DNA of 36,812 nucleotides from an uncultured Gaiellales bacterium (GTDB lineage: Bacteria > Actinomycetota > Thermoleophilia > Gaiellales > Gaiellaceae), in NCBI GenBank assembly GCA_964498265.1, contig CAZCIJ010000001.1, positions 1-36,812 of the forward strand. Direction: 5' to 3'. This document shows, piece by piece, positions 17,044-26,709 of this stretch. The notes under the pieces were generated by a model. The model was given only the letters and a program-made list of their open reading frames with translations. It made no database searches and was not told where the DNA came from. A program made the position numbers and the translations under genes. How positions within the stretch are numbered: position 1 is the first letter of the stretch; the number at the start of each line of letters is the position of its first letter.

Positions 17044-17050
17044 TCCGCGC

Positions 17051-17359
17051 TCAGCCCTTCAGGTTCGTGAGCTTGTCGACGTCGAGTGCGATCCTCTTGC
17101 GATGCATGGCGACGACGAGTCCGAGACCTACGACGACCTCGGCCGCTGCCACGACCATGACGACGAGGGCGAAAATCTGCCCGGAGCCCTCGCCGTGCTC
17201 GCGCGCGAATGCGATGAGGGCGAGGTTCCCGGCGTTGAGCATGAGCTCGAGCGCGAGGAGGACGATCAGCGGGCTCCGCCGCACGAGCACGCCGATCGCG
17301 CCGGTCGCGAAGAGGATCCCCGAGAGGATCAGGTAGGCGGCGACGGTCGGCCCGAGCAT
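17051..17359 (-). CDS. nuoK: NADH-quinone oxidoreductase subunit K
   Basis: Start trimmed to the ATG at 17359 (MLGPTVAAYLILSGILFATGAIGVLVRR..LELMLNAGNL..AAAEVVVGL). Confidence 0.9.
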   Translation of the reverse strand: MLGPTVAAYLILSGILFATGAIGVLVRRSPLIVLLALELMLNAGNLALIAFAREHGEGSGQIFALVVMVVAAAEVVVGLGLVVAMHRKRIALDVDKLTNLKG

Positions 17360-17360
17360 G

Positions 17361-17966
17361 CTAGGCGGCCTCCTTCTCGGCGACGGGGGTCTCGCGGTCG
17401 CGCCTGACCCCCGAGCCCAGGACGACCCCACCGACGGCGCCCACGAGGAGGATGATCGACGTGACCTCGAACGCCAGCAGGAAGTCGGAGAGGAAGAGAC
17501 GGCCGATCTCGCTCGGGCTCCCGAACGCGCCCGTGATCTCGGCGGCCGTCGCCAGGCTCCCCCGCGCCTCGAGCGCCACCGCCACGATCACCTCGACGAG
17601 GATGGCGACGCCGGCGAGGCCCGCCGCCGCGGCTGCGATCCGGCGTACGCCTCCCGTGGGGACGCGCGCGTCGGTGCCGATGTAGGCGATGACGAAGAGG
17701 AACATGACCATCACGGCGCCCGCGTAGACGAGCACCTGCGCGGCGGCGACGAACTCGGCCGAGAGCAGCAGGTAGAGGATCGCGAGTGAGGCGAGGTTGA
17801 CGATCAGGGACAGCGCCGCGTACAGGGCGTTCGAGAACAGCACGACGGCGAACCCGGACGCGAGCAGCCCGAGAGCCGCCACCACCCAGACGATCCAGAC
17901 GATGACCTCTCCCGCCAGAGACGCGAGGACGGGCGTCACCGCGCTCTCTTCGTAGGGGCCGGGCAT
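17361..17966 (-). CDS. nuoJ: NADH-quinone oxidoreductase subunit J
   Basis: 201 aa hydrophobic protein. ..YAALSLIVNLASLAILYLLLSAEFVAAAQVLVYAGAVMVMFLFV. Confidence 0.88.
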   Translation of the reverse strand: MPGPYEESAVTPVLASLAGEVIVWIVWVVAALGLLASGFAVVLFSNALYAALSLIVNLASLAILYLLLSAEFVAAAQVLVYAGAVMVMFLFVIAYIGTDARVPTGGVRRIAAAAAGLAGVAILVEVIVAVALEARGSLATAAEITGAFGSPSEIGRLFLSDFLLAFEVTSIILLVGAVGGVVLGSGVRRDRETPVAEKEAA

Positions 17967-17996
17967 GCCCGGCCCCTACGCGCCGGACCGGTGTGG

Positions 17997-18020
17997 CAGG
18001 GCGGGGCTTGCCCCGCCCTG
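17997..18020. other. Perfect palindrome CAGGGCGGGGC-TT-GCCCCGCCCTG inside the nuoI-nuoJ spacer
   Basis: 11+11 nt inverted repeat seen directly. A second stem, GGCCAGG(18030-18036)/CCTGGCC(18058-18064), follows. Confidence 0.6.
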
Positions 18021-18120
18021 AAACGGCTGGGCCAGGCGATGGAGGGGCGGGGAATGTCCTGGCCATCGTGCCGCGCAACGCGACCTACGCCCCTGGATGT
18101 GACTGGAACGCTGGCGACCA

Positions 18121-18615
18121 TCAGCTCTCCACCTTCCACACGGGATCGGGTGTGTCGTAGAGCTGGGGGTCCGCCACGGGCGTCGTCTTGACGGGCGGCT
18201 CGAGCAGCATGTCCTTCGTGTAGATGAGATCGTCGCGCGAGTACTCGGAGAGCTCGTACTCGTGACCGAGCGTGATCGCGTCGAAGGGACATGCGAGCTC
18301 GCAGTACCCGCAGAAGATGCAGCGCGAGAGGTTGATCTCGTAGATGCGCGCGTAGCGCTCCCCGGGGGACACGCGCTCGTCGGGGTCGTTCTCGGCTGCG
18401 ACCACGCGGATGCAGTCGGACGGGCACGCGGCAGCGCAGAGCGAGCAGCCGACACACTTCTCGAGCCCGTTCTCGTGCCGGTGCAGGCGGTGACGGCCGC
18501 GGAAGCGCGGGTACACCGCTCGCTTGTGCTCGGGGTACTGCTGCGTGATCGGCTTCTTGAAGATCTGCCGGAAGGTGACGGCGAAGCCCTTGAAGCTCTC
18601 GAGCGGTTGCGGCAT
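18121..18615 (-). CDS. nuoI: NADH-quinone oxidoreductase subunit I (2x[4Fe-4S])
   Basis: [12 protein letters not shown] and [12 protein letters not shown] ferredoxin motifs. Confidence 0.93.
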   Translation of the reverse strand: MPQPLESFKGFAVTFRQIFKKPITQQYPEHKRAVYPRFRGRHRLHRHENGLEKCVGCSLCAAACPSDCIRVVAAENDPDERVSPGERYARIYEINLSRCIFCGYCELACPFDAITLGHEYELSEYSRDDLIYTKDMLLEPPVKTTPVADPQLYDTPDPVWKVES

Positions 18616-18631
18616 CAGGCCCGACCTCTCA

Positions 18632-19627
18632 TCACTCGACTGCGACGACGACGACGGCGGTGACGAGCGCGTTCAGCGTTGCGACCGGTAGCAGCACCTT
18701 CCAGCCGAAGCGCATCAGCTGGTCGTAGCGCAGGCGCGGCAGGGTGGCTCGGATCCAGATGAACAGGAAGAGCGCGACGAAGAGCTTGATGATGAACCAC
18801 ACGGGCCCCGGCAGGCCCGGCCCCCCCCAGGCGCCGAAGAAGAGCGTGACGCCGAGCGCCGAGAGGGTGGTCATGTTGATGTACTCGGCCATCTGGAACA
18901 GGCCCCACCGCATGCCGCTGTACTCGGTGTGGTAGCCGGCGACGATCTCGGACTCTCCCTCAGGAAGGTCGAAGGGAGCGCGGTTCGTCTCGGCGACGCC
19001 GGCGATGAGGAAGACGAGGAAGCCGACGAACTGCGGACCGGCGAACCAGACGGTCTCCTGCTGCTTCACGGCGATGTCGACGAGCGAGAGCGATCCGCCC
19101 ATGATCACGACGCCGAGCACGGACAGCGCGAGCGACACCTCGTAGGAGACCATCTGCGCGCACGTACGCATGGAGCCGAGGAGCGAGTACTTCGACTCGC
19201 TCGCCCAGCCGCCGACGATGAAGCCGTAGATGCCGAGCGAGGAGATCGCGAAGAGGAGGATGAGCGCGATCGGCACGTCGGCGACCCAGCCGGTCACGTT
19301 GTAGTCGCCGATCGTCCAGACCGGTCCCCACGGGATCACGGCGAAGGTGGTGAGAGCCGTGATGGCCGCGACGACCGGGGCGGCGATGTAGAGGAGGTCG
19401 ATCGAGGCTGCCGGGAAGAAGCTCTCCTTGCGGATGAGCTTGACGAGGTCGGCGATCGGCTGCAGGAGGCCGTACGGGCCCGCGCGGTTCGGTCCGTAGC
19501 GCAGCTGCATGCGGCCGAGGAGCTTGCGCTCGAGCAGCGTGAGGTATGCGAACGTGAGCAGCACGAGGTTGATGATCACGAGCGCCTTGGGAACGTCGAT
19601 CCACCAGGGCTGATTCAGCTCCACCAA
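18632..19627 (-). CDS. nuoH: NADH-quinone oxidoreductase subunit H
   Basis: [34 protein letters not shown] and [26 protein letters not shown]. The start is the TTG at 19627 or the GTG at 19624. Confidence 0.92.
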   Translation of the reverse strand: MVELNQPWWIDVPKALVIINLVLLTFAYLTLLERKLLGRMQLRYGPNRAGPYGLLQPIADLVKLIRKESFFPAASIDLLYIAAPVVAAITALTTFAVIPWGPVWTIGDYNVTGWVADVPIALILLFAISSLGIYGFIVGGWASESKYSLLGSMRTCAQMVSYEVSLALSVLGVVIMGGSLSLVDIAVKQQETVWFAGPQFVGFLVFLIAGVAETNRAPFDLPEGESEIVAGYHTEYSGMRWGLFQMAEYINMTTLSALGVTLFFGAWGGPGLPGPVWFIIKLFVALFLFIWIRATLPRLRYDQLMRFGWKVLLPVATLNALVTAVVVVAVE

Positions 19628-19655
19628 ACCCTCCGCTTCGCTCCGCGTTTGGTGG
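19621..19655 (-). promoter_or_regulatory. 9-bp stem hairpin at the nuoG-nuoH junction with the nuoH start codon in its 3' arm
   Basis: The minus-strand RNA reads CCACCAAAC-gcggagcgaagcggagg-GTTTGGTGG. The GGAGG SD lies in the loop, and the TTG/GTG start lies in the 3' arm. Confidence 0.35.
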
Positions 19656-19673
19656 ATGGAAGGAGTCCCGGGG

Positions 19674-21911
19674 TCATTGGGTCACCTTCGCGATCTCCAC
19701 CACGTCATCGAGGCCGGCGGCGTGCTCGGACGCGATGCGAACGACTCCGCGGCGGAGGCGCCGGTTGAGGCGGGCTGTGAGCTCGCGACTGACCCCGTTG
19801 GAGCGCACGCTCACCCGGTCGCCGCTCGTGATGCCTCGCTCGCGACCGTCGGCGTGCGCGAGCTCGACCTCGGGATGCGGTCGCTGGAAGCGGAGCTGCG
19901 GGACGCGCTCGACGGCCGCTCCCGAGAACAGCGCCCGGTAGCGCACGAGCGCGAACCCTCCGTTCCTGGCCAGGCGGGGGGGCGGCGGCGACGGCGCCTG
20001 CACGGGAACCGGATCGGCCCGTGGCGGGAGGGGAGCCCGCTCGGCTACTGAGACGGAGGCCCAAGGCTGGGGGTCGATCCCGAAGCGCGCCGCAAGGCGC
20101 GCGAAGAACTCGAGCTCGTCGAAGGCGGGCGGCGCGACGGCCCGGCGTAGCCTCTGGGGACGGCCCTCGAGGTTGACCGTCGTCCCCTCGCGCTCGAGGA
20201 AGCTCGTCCCCGGGAGCACGAGGTGCGACCAGCCGGTCACCTCGCTCATGTACATGCTCGTGGTCAGGACGAAGCGAGCACGCTCGGCGAGTCCGAGCAC
20301 GCGCGGATCCTCGAGCGCCTCGTCGCCCGAGACGATGAGGGCTCCGAGGTCTCCTTCGGCCGGAGGCTCGGAGCCGCGACCGCCGTTGCCGGCCGAGCGC
20401 CAGGCGGCGGCGACGCCGAGCCCGTTCGGCGTGCGCGGGAGGTAGTAGGCGCCGGACTCGCCCCCGAGCTCGAGAGCGGCCGCGAGCGCAGCCACTTGCG
20501 AGCCTCCGCTCGGATCGTCCTCCGAGTACACGAGCGCGACGCGCTCTGCGTCGCGAAGCCGGCGCGCGAGGTCGCGCAGCTCGTCCGGCGGCTGTCCGGA
20601 AGCGAGCGCCGCACAGACAGCCGGCGCCGAGCCGGGGGGCACTTTGAGCGTCCCAGCCGGATGGACGGTGACGACGTCGGCGCCGCCCCGGCGGGCTGCG
20701 CGGAGCCAGAGATCCACGATGGGCGCTCGCTCGACCACCGGCTCGTCGCCGAGGACGAGCGCCACGTCGACCGAGCGGATGGCCGACAGAGGAGCGCGGT
20801 AGGCTCCGAGCGCAGGGTCGACGTCCTCGGGGAGGACGGCCGTATCCGACCCCAGCCCTTCGCGGACGAGGTGGGCGACTGCGCGCGCGTGCTCGACCGT
20901 CTCGCTTCCCGAGAAGGCCACGGTCACCGAGCCGTGGGCGTCCCGCAGCGCTGCCTCGGCCGCGCCGACGGCGTCGTCGAGCCCGACCGGCTGGAATCCC
21001 CGCATGTGCACGCGCAGGATGGGCTCGCGGATGCGGTCGTCCGACCGCAGGTGATCGTGAGCGAAGCGACCCTTGTCGCAGATCCAGCCCTCGTCGATCT
21101 CGGGGTGGTTGCGGCTGAGCATGCGGGCGACCTTGCCCTCGCGCGTCGTCGCCCAGACGTTGCACCCCGCCGGGCAGAGGCCGCAGACCGTGGGGACGTT
21201 CTGGATCTCCCACGGCCGCGCGCGGAAGCGGTAGACGGTGGACGTCAGAGCCCCGACGGGGCAGAGCTCGATGACGTTTCCGGAGAAGTGGGCACGGTAG
21301 GGCTCGTCCTCGAAGGTGGTGATGTAGGAGTGGGAGCCACGCTCGACGGCGACGAGCTGGCCGTCCTCTGAGACGGTCTCGGAGAAGCGGGTGCACCGGT
21401 AGCAGAGGATGCAGCGCTCCCGGTCCAGGGCGATGAGCGGCGACACGGGGATGGGCTTGTCGAAGGTCCGCTTGGGAAAGGTCATCCTCGTCACGGCCGG
21501 GCCGTAGCGAAAGGTGAGGTCCTGGAGCGGGCACTCTCCGCCCTTGTCGCAGTCGGGGCAATCGAGCGGGTGGTTCAGGAGGATGAACTCGAGGACGGCG
21601 TTCTGGCCGTCTCGCGCCTGCTCGCTCGTCTGCGCCGTGCGCAGGACCATGCCGTCCTGCGCGGTCAGCGTGCAGGCCGCCTGGAGCTTGGGCAGGCCCT
21701 CGACCTCGCAGAGGCACATGCGGCAGGCGCCGAGCGGCGGCCCGAGGCGTGGCTCGTAGCAGAAGATCGGGATCTCGATCCCGGCCCTGAGCGCGGTCTC
21801 GACCATCCCCGTGCCCTTCGGCACCCGGATCTCGCGATCGTCGATCACAACGGAGACCGTTTCCACGTCCGTGGCAACGGTCTCCGTATCAGGAGTCTTC
21901 GATCCCGGCAC
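19674..21911 (-). CDS. nuoG: NADH-quinone oxidoreductase subunit G (75 kDa, Fe-S / molybdopterin-like fold)
   Basis: CYEPRLGPPLGACRMCLCEV, HPLDCPDCDKGGECPLQD, CILCYRCTRF, CPVGALT. The start overlaps the nuoF 3' end by 23 nt, so the start is less certain. Confidence 0.9.
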   Translation of the reverse strand: MPGSKTPDTETVATDVETVSVVIDDREIRVPKGTGMVETALRAGIEIPIFCYEPRLGPPLGACRMCLCEVEGLPKLQAACTLTAQDGMVLRTAQTSEQARDGQNAVLEFILLNHPLDCPDCDKGGECPLQDLTFRYGPAVTRMTFPKRTFDKPIPVSPLIALDRERCILCYRCTRFSETVSEDGQLVAVERGSHSYITTFEDEPYRAHFSGNVIELCPVGALTSTVYRFRARPWEIQNVPTVCGLCPAGCNVWATTREGKVARMLSRNHPEIDEGWICDKGRFAHDHLRSDDRIREPILRVHMRGFQPVGLDDAVGAAEAALRDAHGSVTVAFSGSETVEHARAVAHLVREGLGSDTAVLPEDVDPALGAYRAPLSAIRSVDVALVLGDEPVVERAPIVDLWLRAARRGGADVVTVHPAGTLKVPPGSAPAVCAALASGQPPDELRDLARRLRDAERVALVYSEDDPSGGSQVAALAAALELGGESGAYYLPRTPNGLGVAAAWRSAGNGGRGSEPPAEGDLGALIVSGDEALEDPRVLGLAERARFVLTTSMYMSEVTGWSHLVLPGTSFLEREGTTVNLEGRPQRLRRAVAPPAFDELEFFARLAARFGIDPQPWASVSVAERAPLPPRADPVPVQAPSPPPPRLARNGGFALVRYRALFSGAAVERVPQLRFQRPHPEVELAHADGRERGITSGDRVSVRSNGVSRELTARLNRRLRRGVVRIASEHAAGLDDVVEIAKVTQ

Positions 21912-23265
21912 GAATTCTCTCCTCTTTGAACGAATCCGCGTTCGCGCGGATGTGCATGTCGACGGGCGCGAGCACGCCGTCGAGGGAGGACTCGCCTTGG
22001 TAGGGGCAGCCGCCCTCGTCGATGTGGCGCTGGTACTCCTCGCGAAACTTCGCGACGTAGCTCGCGACGGGCATGGCGGCTGCGTCGCCGAGCGGGCAGA
22101 GGCAGTGGCCGAGGATCCGGTCGCAGACGTTGAGGAGCAGGTCGAGCTCTCCCTGCGTCGCGTCTCCGGACTCGAGCCGCTTGAGGATGCCGACCATCCA
22201 GCGCACTCCCTCCCGGCACGGCGTGCACTTCCCGCACGACTCGTGCTCGTAGAACTGGGCTACCCGCAGGCCGAGCTGCACCATGCAGCAGCGGTCGTCG
22301 ATGACGATGACCGCGCCCGATCCGAGCATGGAGCCGGCCTTCGCCATGCCGTCGAAGTCCAGCGGGGCGTCGACCTCCTCCGCGGTCAGGGCCGGGACCG
22401 ACGAGCCGCCGGGGATGACGGCCTTGAGCGAGCGGCCCTTCGAGATCCCGCCTCCGATGTCGAAGATGAGCTCCCTGAGGCTCGTCCCGAGCTCGAGCTC
22501 GTAGTTGCCCGGCCTGACGACGTTTCCGGACAGCGAGAACAGCCGCGTGCCGGTCGAGTTCTCGACGCCGATCCGGGCGTAGCGCTCGCCGCCCAGCTCG
22601 ATGATCTTGGGCACGGTCGCGAGCGTCTCGACGTTGTTGATGAGCGTCGGCGAGCCGTACAGGCCGGAGATCGCGGGGAACGGCGGCTTCGAGCGGGGCT
22701 GGCCGCGCTTGCCCTCGAGCGACTCGAGCAGCCCGGTCTCCTCGCCGCAGATGTATGCGCCGGCCCCGCGGTGGATGACGATCGAGACGGAGTAGCCGGA
22801 GCCGAGGACGTTCGCGCCCACGAGCCCGCGGGCCTGCGCCTCCTCGAGCGCAGCGCGCAGAACCTCGAACTCGGCCAGGTACTCCCCACGGATGTAGATG
22901 AAGGCCGCCTGCGCCTGGATGGCGTAGCTCGCGATGAGGACGCCTTCGGTGAGCATGTGAGGCAGCCGGAGGATGATCTCACGGTCCTTGCAGGTTCCCG
23001 GCTCGGACTCGTCGGCGTTGACGGCCAGGTAGATCGGCTTCGCGGTCTGGTCGGGCTTGGGGAGGAAGCTCGCCTTGCGACCCATGGGGAAGCCTGCTCC
23101 GCCGCGCCCGCGAACGCCCCCGGCGACGATCTCGTCGATCACGCGCTCGGGATTCATGCCAAGGGCGTTGCGAAGCGAGCGGTAGCCGCCGACTCGCTCG
23201 TACTCGGACAGCTTCGTGAGGTCGGCCTCGGCGGCGTGCTCGAAGAGGAGCTTCCTAATGGCCAC
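21889..23265 (-). CDS. nuoF: NADH-quinone oxidoreductase subunit F (FMN/NADH-binding)
   Basis: GRGGAGFPMGRK, YLAVNADESEPGTCKDR, ESCGKCTPCREG. GTG start. Confidence 0.93.
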   Translation of the reverse strand: MAIRKLLFEHAAEADLTKLSEYERVGGYRSLRNALGMNPERVIDEIVAGGVRGRGGAGFPMGRKASFLPKPDQTAKPIYLAVNADESEPGTCKDREIILRLPHMLTEGVLIASYAIQAQAAFIYIRGEYLAEFEVLRAALEEAQARGLVGANVLGSGYSVSIVIHRGAGAYICGEETGLLESLEGKRGQPRSKPPFPAISGLYGSPTLINNVETLATVPKIIELGGERYARIGVENSTGTRLFSLSGNVVRPGNYELELGTSLRELIFDIGGGISKGRSLKAVIPGGSSVPALTAEEVDAPLDFDGMAKAGSMLGSGAVIVIDDRCCMVQLGLRVAQFYEHESCGKCTPCREGVRWMVGILKRLESGDATQGELDLLLNVCDRILGHCLCPLGDAAAMPVASYVAKFREEYQRHIDEGGCPYQGESSLDGVLAPVDMHIRANADSFKEERIRAGIEDS

Positions 23266-23719
23266 GAAGCTCCTCCACGATCTCGGGCACGTCCGCCGCC
23301 TGGACGGGCTCGCGGTAGCGATGGTCGATCGCGACGACCGGGCCCCAGCTGCAGCCGCCGGCGCACTCGAGGACGCGCAGCGTGACCTCGCCGTCGGGGG
23401 TCGTCCCGCCGGCGCGCACGCCGAGCTCTCGCTCGAACGCCTCGAGCGTCTGCTGGGCGCCCACGAGCGCGCACGAGACGTTCGTGCACACCTCGACGAG
23501 GTGGCGGCCCACGGGCTCGAGGTGGAACATGTCGTAGAAGCTCGCGACCGCCTTGCAGTAGGCCGGCGTGAGCTCGAGGGCCTCGGCCACCTCCCGAAAG
23601 GCGTCGGGGGGAAGCCAGCCGTACCGCTCTTGCGCCAGTCGCAGCGCGGGCATGACGGCCGAGCGGCGCACCGGGTACTGCGCCGCGACCGCCTGGATCT
23701 CGTCGTACAAGTCTCTCAC
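23255..23719 (-). CDS. nuoE: NADH-quinone oxidoreductase subunit E ([2Fe-2S])
   Basis: VCTNVSCALVG ... LECAGGCSWGPV thioredoxin-like 2Fe-2S motif. Confidence 0.92.
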   Translation of the reverse strand: MRDLYDEIQAVAAQYPVRRSAVMPALRLAQERYGWLPPDAFREVAEALELTPAYCKAVASFYDMFHLEPVGRHLVEVCTNVSCALVGAQQTLEAFERELGVRAGGTTPDGEVTLRVLECAGGCSWGPVVAIDHRYREPVQAADVPEIVEELRGH

Positions 23720-23726
23720 GGGCGGG

Positions 23727-25013
23727 TCACCTGTCGACGTCTCCCATGACGGGGTCGAGCGATGCCGCGATCGCGATGAGGTCCGCGATGAGCGAGTCCG
23801 AGAGGCAGGTCGCCATCGCCTCGAGGGCCGCGAACGAGGGCGCTCGGAACTTCACGCGCCAGGGCTTCGGCCCGCCGTCGGAGACGATGTAGCAGCCGAG
23901 CTCGCCCCGGGACGACTCGATGGGCAGGTAGACCTCGCCCTCGGGCACGCGGTAGCCCTCGGTGACGAGCTTGAAGTGATGGATCAGGCTCTCCATCGAC
24001 GTGTGGAGCTCGTTGCGCGGTGGGAGGACGAAGCGCCGGTCATCGAGGATCCACGGGCCCTCGGGCATCCCTTCGAGGCACTGGTGGACGATGCGGCAGG
24101 ACTGCCGAATCTCGTCCATGTGCACCTTGTAGCGCGCGTAGACGTCCCCTTCCGGGTAGACGGGAACGTCGAAGTCGAGCTCCGGATAGGCGAGGTAGGG
24201 CTGTGCCTTGCGCAGGTCCCAGTCGACCCCGGAGGCGCGCAGCATCGGCCCGGACTGACCCATCGCGACGGCGTCCTCGGCGGAGAGCAGGCCGATGCCC
24301 TTCGTCCGCTCGAGGAAGATCGGATTGTGGGAGAAGAGCGCCTCGTACTCGTCGACGCGCCTGTGCATGACGTCGACGAACTTCCGGCACTCCGCGGCGA
24401 ATCCGGGCGGGACGTCCTCGGCGAGCCCGCCGGCCTGGATGTAGCGGGCATGCATGCGCACGCCCGTGACCATCTCGAAGAGGTCGAGGACGAGGTCGCG
24501 CTCCCGGAACGCGTACCAGAAGATCGAGATCGCTCCCAGCTCGAGCCCTGCGGTGCCGAGCCACACGAGGTGCGAGTGGATGCGGGCGAGCTCGGCGAGC
24601 AGCGTGCGCATCCATACGGCCTTGGGGGTGGCCTCGACCCCGTACAGCTTCTCGATCGCGAGGACGAAGCAGACCTCGTTCTGGATCATGGACAGGTAGT
24701 CCATGCGGCTCGGATAGGTGATCGCCTTCCACCACGTCTTCGACTCCATCGACTTCTCGAAGCCGGTGTGCAGGTAGCCGATCACCGCGTAGATCCCGAC
24801 CACCCGCTCGCCGTCGAGGGAGACGACCAGGCGCAGGACGCCGTGCGTCGAGGGGTGGTTGGGGCCGAAGTTGACCTCGAGCACGTCGTCCGACTCCCGG
24901 AGCTCGTCGGGCACGCGCAGGATCGTGGGGATCGGCTGCGGGATGTGGGATCCGTCGTAGACCCTGGGTCTTCCGGTCAGCGCGCTGATGCCGGTGGACG
25001 TCGCGACGGCCAT
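23727..25013 (-). CDS. nuoD: NADH-quinone oxidoreductase subunit D
   Basis: NFGPNHPSTHGVLRLVVSLDGE, IGYLHTGFEK, RAPSFAALEAM. Confidence 0.93.
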   Translation of the reverse strand: MAVATSTGISALTGRPRVYDGSHIPQPIPTILRVPDELRESDDVLEVNFGPNHPSTHGVLRLVVSLDGERVVGIYAVIGYLHTGFEKSMESKTWWKAITYPSRMDYLSMIQNEVCFVLAIEKLYGVEATPKAVWMRTLLAELARIHSHLVWLGTAGLELGAISIFWYAFRERDLVLDLFEMVTGVRMHARYIQAGGLAEDVPPGFAAECRKFVDVMHRRVDEYEALFSHNPIFLERTKGIGLLSAEDAVAMGQSGPMLRASGVDWDLRKAQPYLAYPELDFDVPVYPEGDVYARYKVHMDEIRQSCRIVHQCLEGMPEGPWILDDRRFVLPPRNELHTSMESLIHHFKLVTEGYRVPEGEVYLPIESSRGELGCYIVSDGGPKPWRVKFRAPSFAALEAMATCLSDSLIADLIAIAASLDPVMGDVDR

Positions 25014-25022
25014 CGCTCCGCT

Positions 25023-25583
25023 CTACTCCTCCTCCGAGAAGCGCACCGGCTCACCGCCGATCGGGTAGTCCTTGCGCAGCGGGTGCCCCTCCCAGTCCTC
25101 GTCCATCAGGATGCGCACGAGGTTCGGGTGGCCCTCGAAGACGATCCCCATGAGGTCGAACTCCTCCCGCTCGTGCCAATCCGCGGTGGGCCACACGGGC
25201 ACGACGCTCGGGACCGGCTCGCCGTCGTCGCACCAGGTCTGCATCCGGACACGGTGGGAGCGGCGCTCCTCGCCGGCGGCGGGGATGCGCAGGAGGTGGT
25301 ACGAGACGGAGAAGCGCTTCCGCTTGGGCTCGGGCAGCTTCGCCAGGCCCCACGAGCCGGGCGTGTTCGGGTCGCGTCCCGCTGCCGTGCCCCAGTGACC
25401 GGCGACGCCCACGTCGCTCCACCCGAGGTAGTCGGCGGCGGCGACGTCGGCCAGGAAGTTGAAGCGCTCGGCGTCGCGCAAGTGGAGGGCGGCCTCCCGG
25501 AGGCGCTCGCGCTCCACGACGACGGTCGTCTCGCCGAAGGCCGTGCGCTCCTCGACGAACCCGGGCACCTGCTCGTAGCTCAC
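25023..25583 (-). CDS. nuoC: NADH-quinone oxidoreductase subunit C
   Basis: Start trimmed to the GTG at 25583, which overlaps the nuoB TAG by 1 nt. WPTADWHEREEFDLMGIVFEGHPNLVRILM..DWEGHPLRKDYP. Confidence 0.88.
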   Translation of the reverse strand: MSYEQVPGFVEERTAFGETTVVVERERLREAALHLRDAERFNFLADVAAADYLGWSDVGVAGHWGTAAGRDPNTPGSWGLAKLPEPKRKRFSVSYHLLRIPAAGEERRSHRVRMQTWCDDGEPVPSVVPVWPTADWHEREEFDLMGIVFEGHPNLVRILMDEDWEGHPLRKDYPIGGEPVRFSEEE

Positions 25584-26167
25584 TAGGTCGCGACCTTCCG
25601 AGTCTCGTACGCGGGCGGGATGCCTGCGCGGATCTTCTCGTGCAGGCGCACGATGCCTTCCATGAGCGCCTCGGGCCTGGGCGGGCATCCCGGAACGTCG
25701 ACGTCGACCGGGACGATCCGGTCGACGCCCTGGAGCACGGCGTAGTTGTTGAACATCCCGCCAGAGCTCGCGCAGGCGCCCATCGCGATCACCCATTTCG
25801 GCTCGAGCATCTGGTCGTAGATCTGCCGCAGCGGAGCGGACATCTTGTGCGCGACCCGCCCGGAGACGATGAGCAGGTCGGCCTGGCGCGGCGAGGCCCG
25901 GAAGGCCTCCATCCCGAACCGCGCGAGGTCGTAGCGCGCGGAGACGATCGACATCATCTCGATGGCGCAGCAGGCGAGCCCGAACGTGTCCGGCCACATG
26001 GACTTGGTCTGCGCCCAGGCGACCGCCTTCTCCACCGTCGTGAGCATGAGGCGCTGCTCGAGGTCCCCGAGCTCGCGCTCGAATCTCCCCGGCTCCTTGC
26101 GCGTCATCAGCACGCGCTCCGAGGACACGCCGTAGTCGGCGAGGCGCCGGCGCCCGCTCATCGCCAT
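25583..26167 (-). CDS. nuoB: NADH-quinone oxidoreductase subunit B ([4Fe-4S] N2)
   Basis: [44 protein letters not shown]. Confidence 0.93.
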   Translation of the reverse strand: MAMSGRRRLADYGVSSERVLMTRKEPGRFERELGDLEQRLMLTTVEKAVAWAQTKSMWPDTFGLACCAIEMMSIVSARYDLARFGMEAFRASPRQADLLIVSGRVAHKMSAPLRQIYDQMLEPKWVIAMGACASSGGMFNNYAVLQGVDRIVPVDVDVPGCPPRPEALMEGIVRLHEKIRAGIPPAYETRKVAT

Positions 26168-26520
26168 TCGAGCGCACCCTTCTTCCAGATGTAGACGTAG
26201 GCGAGCACGAGGATCGCGATGAAGAAGCCGAACTCCGCGACGGCGAACCAGCCGACCTGGTCGAGCACGATCGCCACCGGGTAGAGAAAGACGATCTCGA
26301 TGTCGAAGACGATGAACAGCATCGCCGTGAGGTAGAAGCTCACGGTGAAGCGCTGCTGCGGCGGCGGGCCCTTCGACACGCCCGATTCGAACGGCACGGC
26401 CCGGGCCTTCGTCCGGCGCGACGGGCGGGTGGAGAGGACGAACGACATCACCACCATCGTGGTGGGGATCGCGACCGCGAGCAGCACGTAGATGAGGAGT
26501 GGGAAGTAGTCGTCCAGCAT
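26158..26520 (-). CDS. nuoA: NADH-quinone oxidoreductase subunit A
   Basis: 120 aa, 3 TM. FESG......RF.V.FYL.A.LF.VFD.E..FLYP. SD GGGAGGA upstream. Confidence 0.92.
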   Translation of the reverse strand: MLDDYFPLLIYVLLAVAIPTTMVVMSFVLSTRPSRRTKARAVPFESGVSKGPPPQQRFTVSFYLTAMLFIVFDIEIVFLYPVAIVLDQVGWFAVAEFGFFIAILVLAYVYIWKKGALEWR

Positions 26521-26554
26521 GGGCGGCGCGTCCTCCCTGTGGCGCCTTGGCGCG

Positions 26555-26584
26555 AATCTACCACTGCCGATCCTACCGCTACAA
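26555..26584 (-). promoter_or_regulatory. Candidate nuo operon promoter TTGTAG-N18-TAGATT (minus strand)
   Basis: The reverse complement of 26579-26584 is TTGTAG, and of 26555-26560 is TAGATT. A second TAGGAT lies at 26570-26575. This would give a ~28-nt leader with an SD before nuoA. Confidence 0.3.
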
Positions 26585-26692
26585 GCCCACCTGCCGGCTG
26601 TTGGAAAAAACGGCCTCTGAGCGGGAAGTTCTCTCGCGCTACGACTGTCACAAAGGTGTCCCTGAGAACGCGGTGGCGCACGCGGGCCGGGT

Positions 26693-26701
26693 TGCTAGAA
26701 T
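26693..26701 (+). promoter_or_regulatory. Extended -10-like TGcTAGAAT, 8 nt upstream of the IscA-type gene ATG (leaderless-type promoter candidate)
   Basis: Best -10 match in the window. No SD before the ATG at 26710. Confidence 0.45.
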
Positions 26702-26709
26702 CGTGCTGG

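Noticed and set aside
19705-25586. Very long ORFs in the six-frame track that overlap nuo genes, for example 19705..21717(-) 670 aa, 21811..23385(+) 524 aa and 23568..25586(+) 672 aa. Similar ORFs occur elsewhere: 6720..8390(-), 11387..13009(-), 13012..15149(+), 27113..28540(-), 28378..29949(-), 31543..32991(+) and 33415..35157(+).
   Set aside because: All are antisense or alternate-frame to genes with unmistakable conserved motifs. They are dominated by Arg/Ala/Pro/Gly and have no recognisable domains. Stop codons are simply rare in off-frames of ~70% GC DNA.
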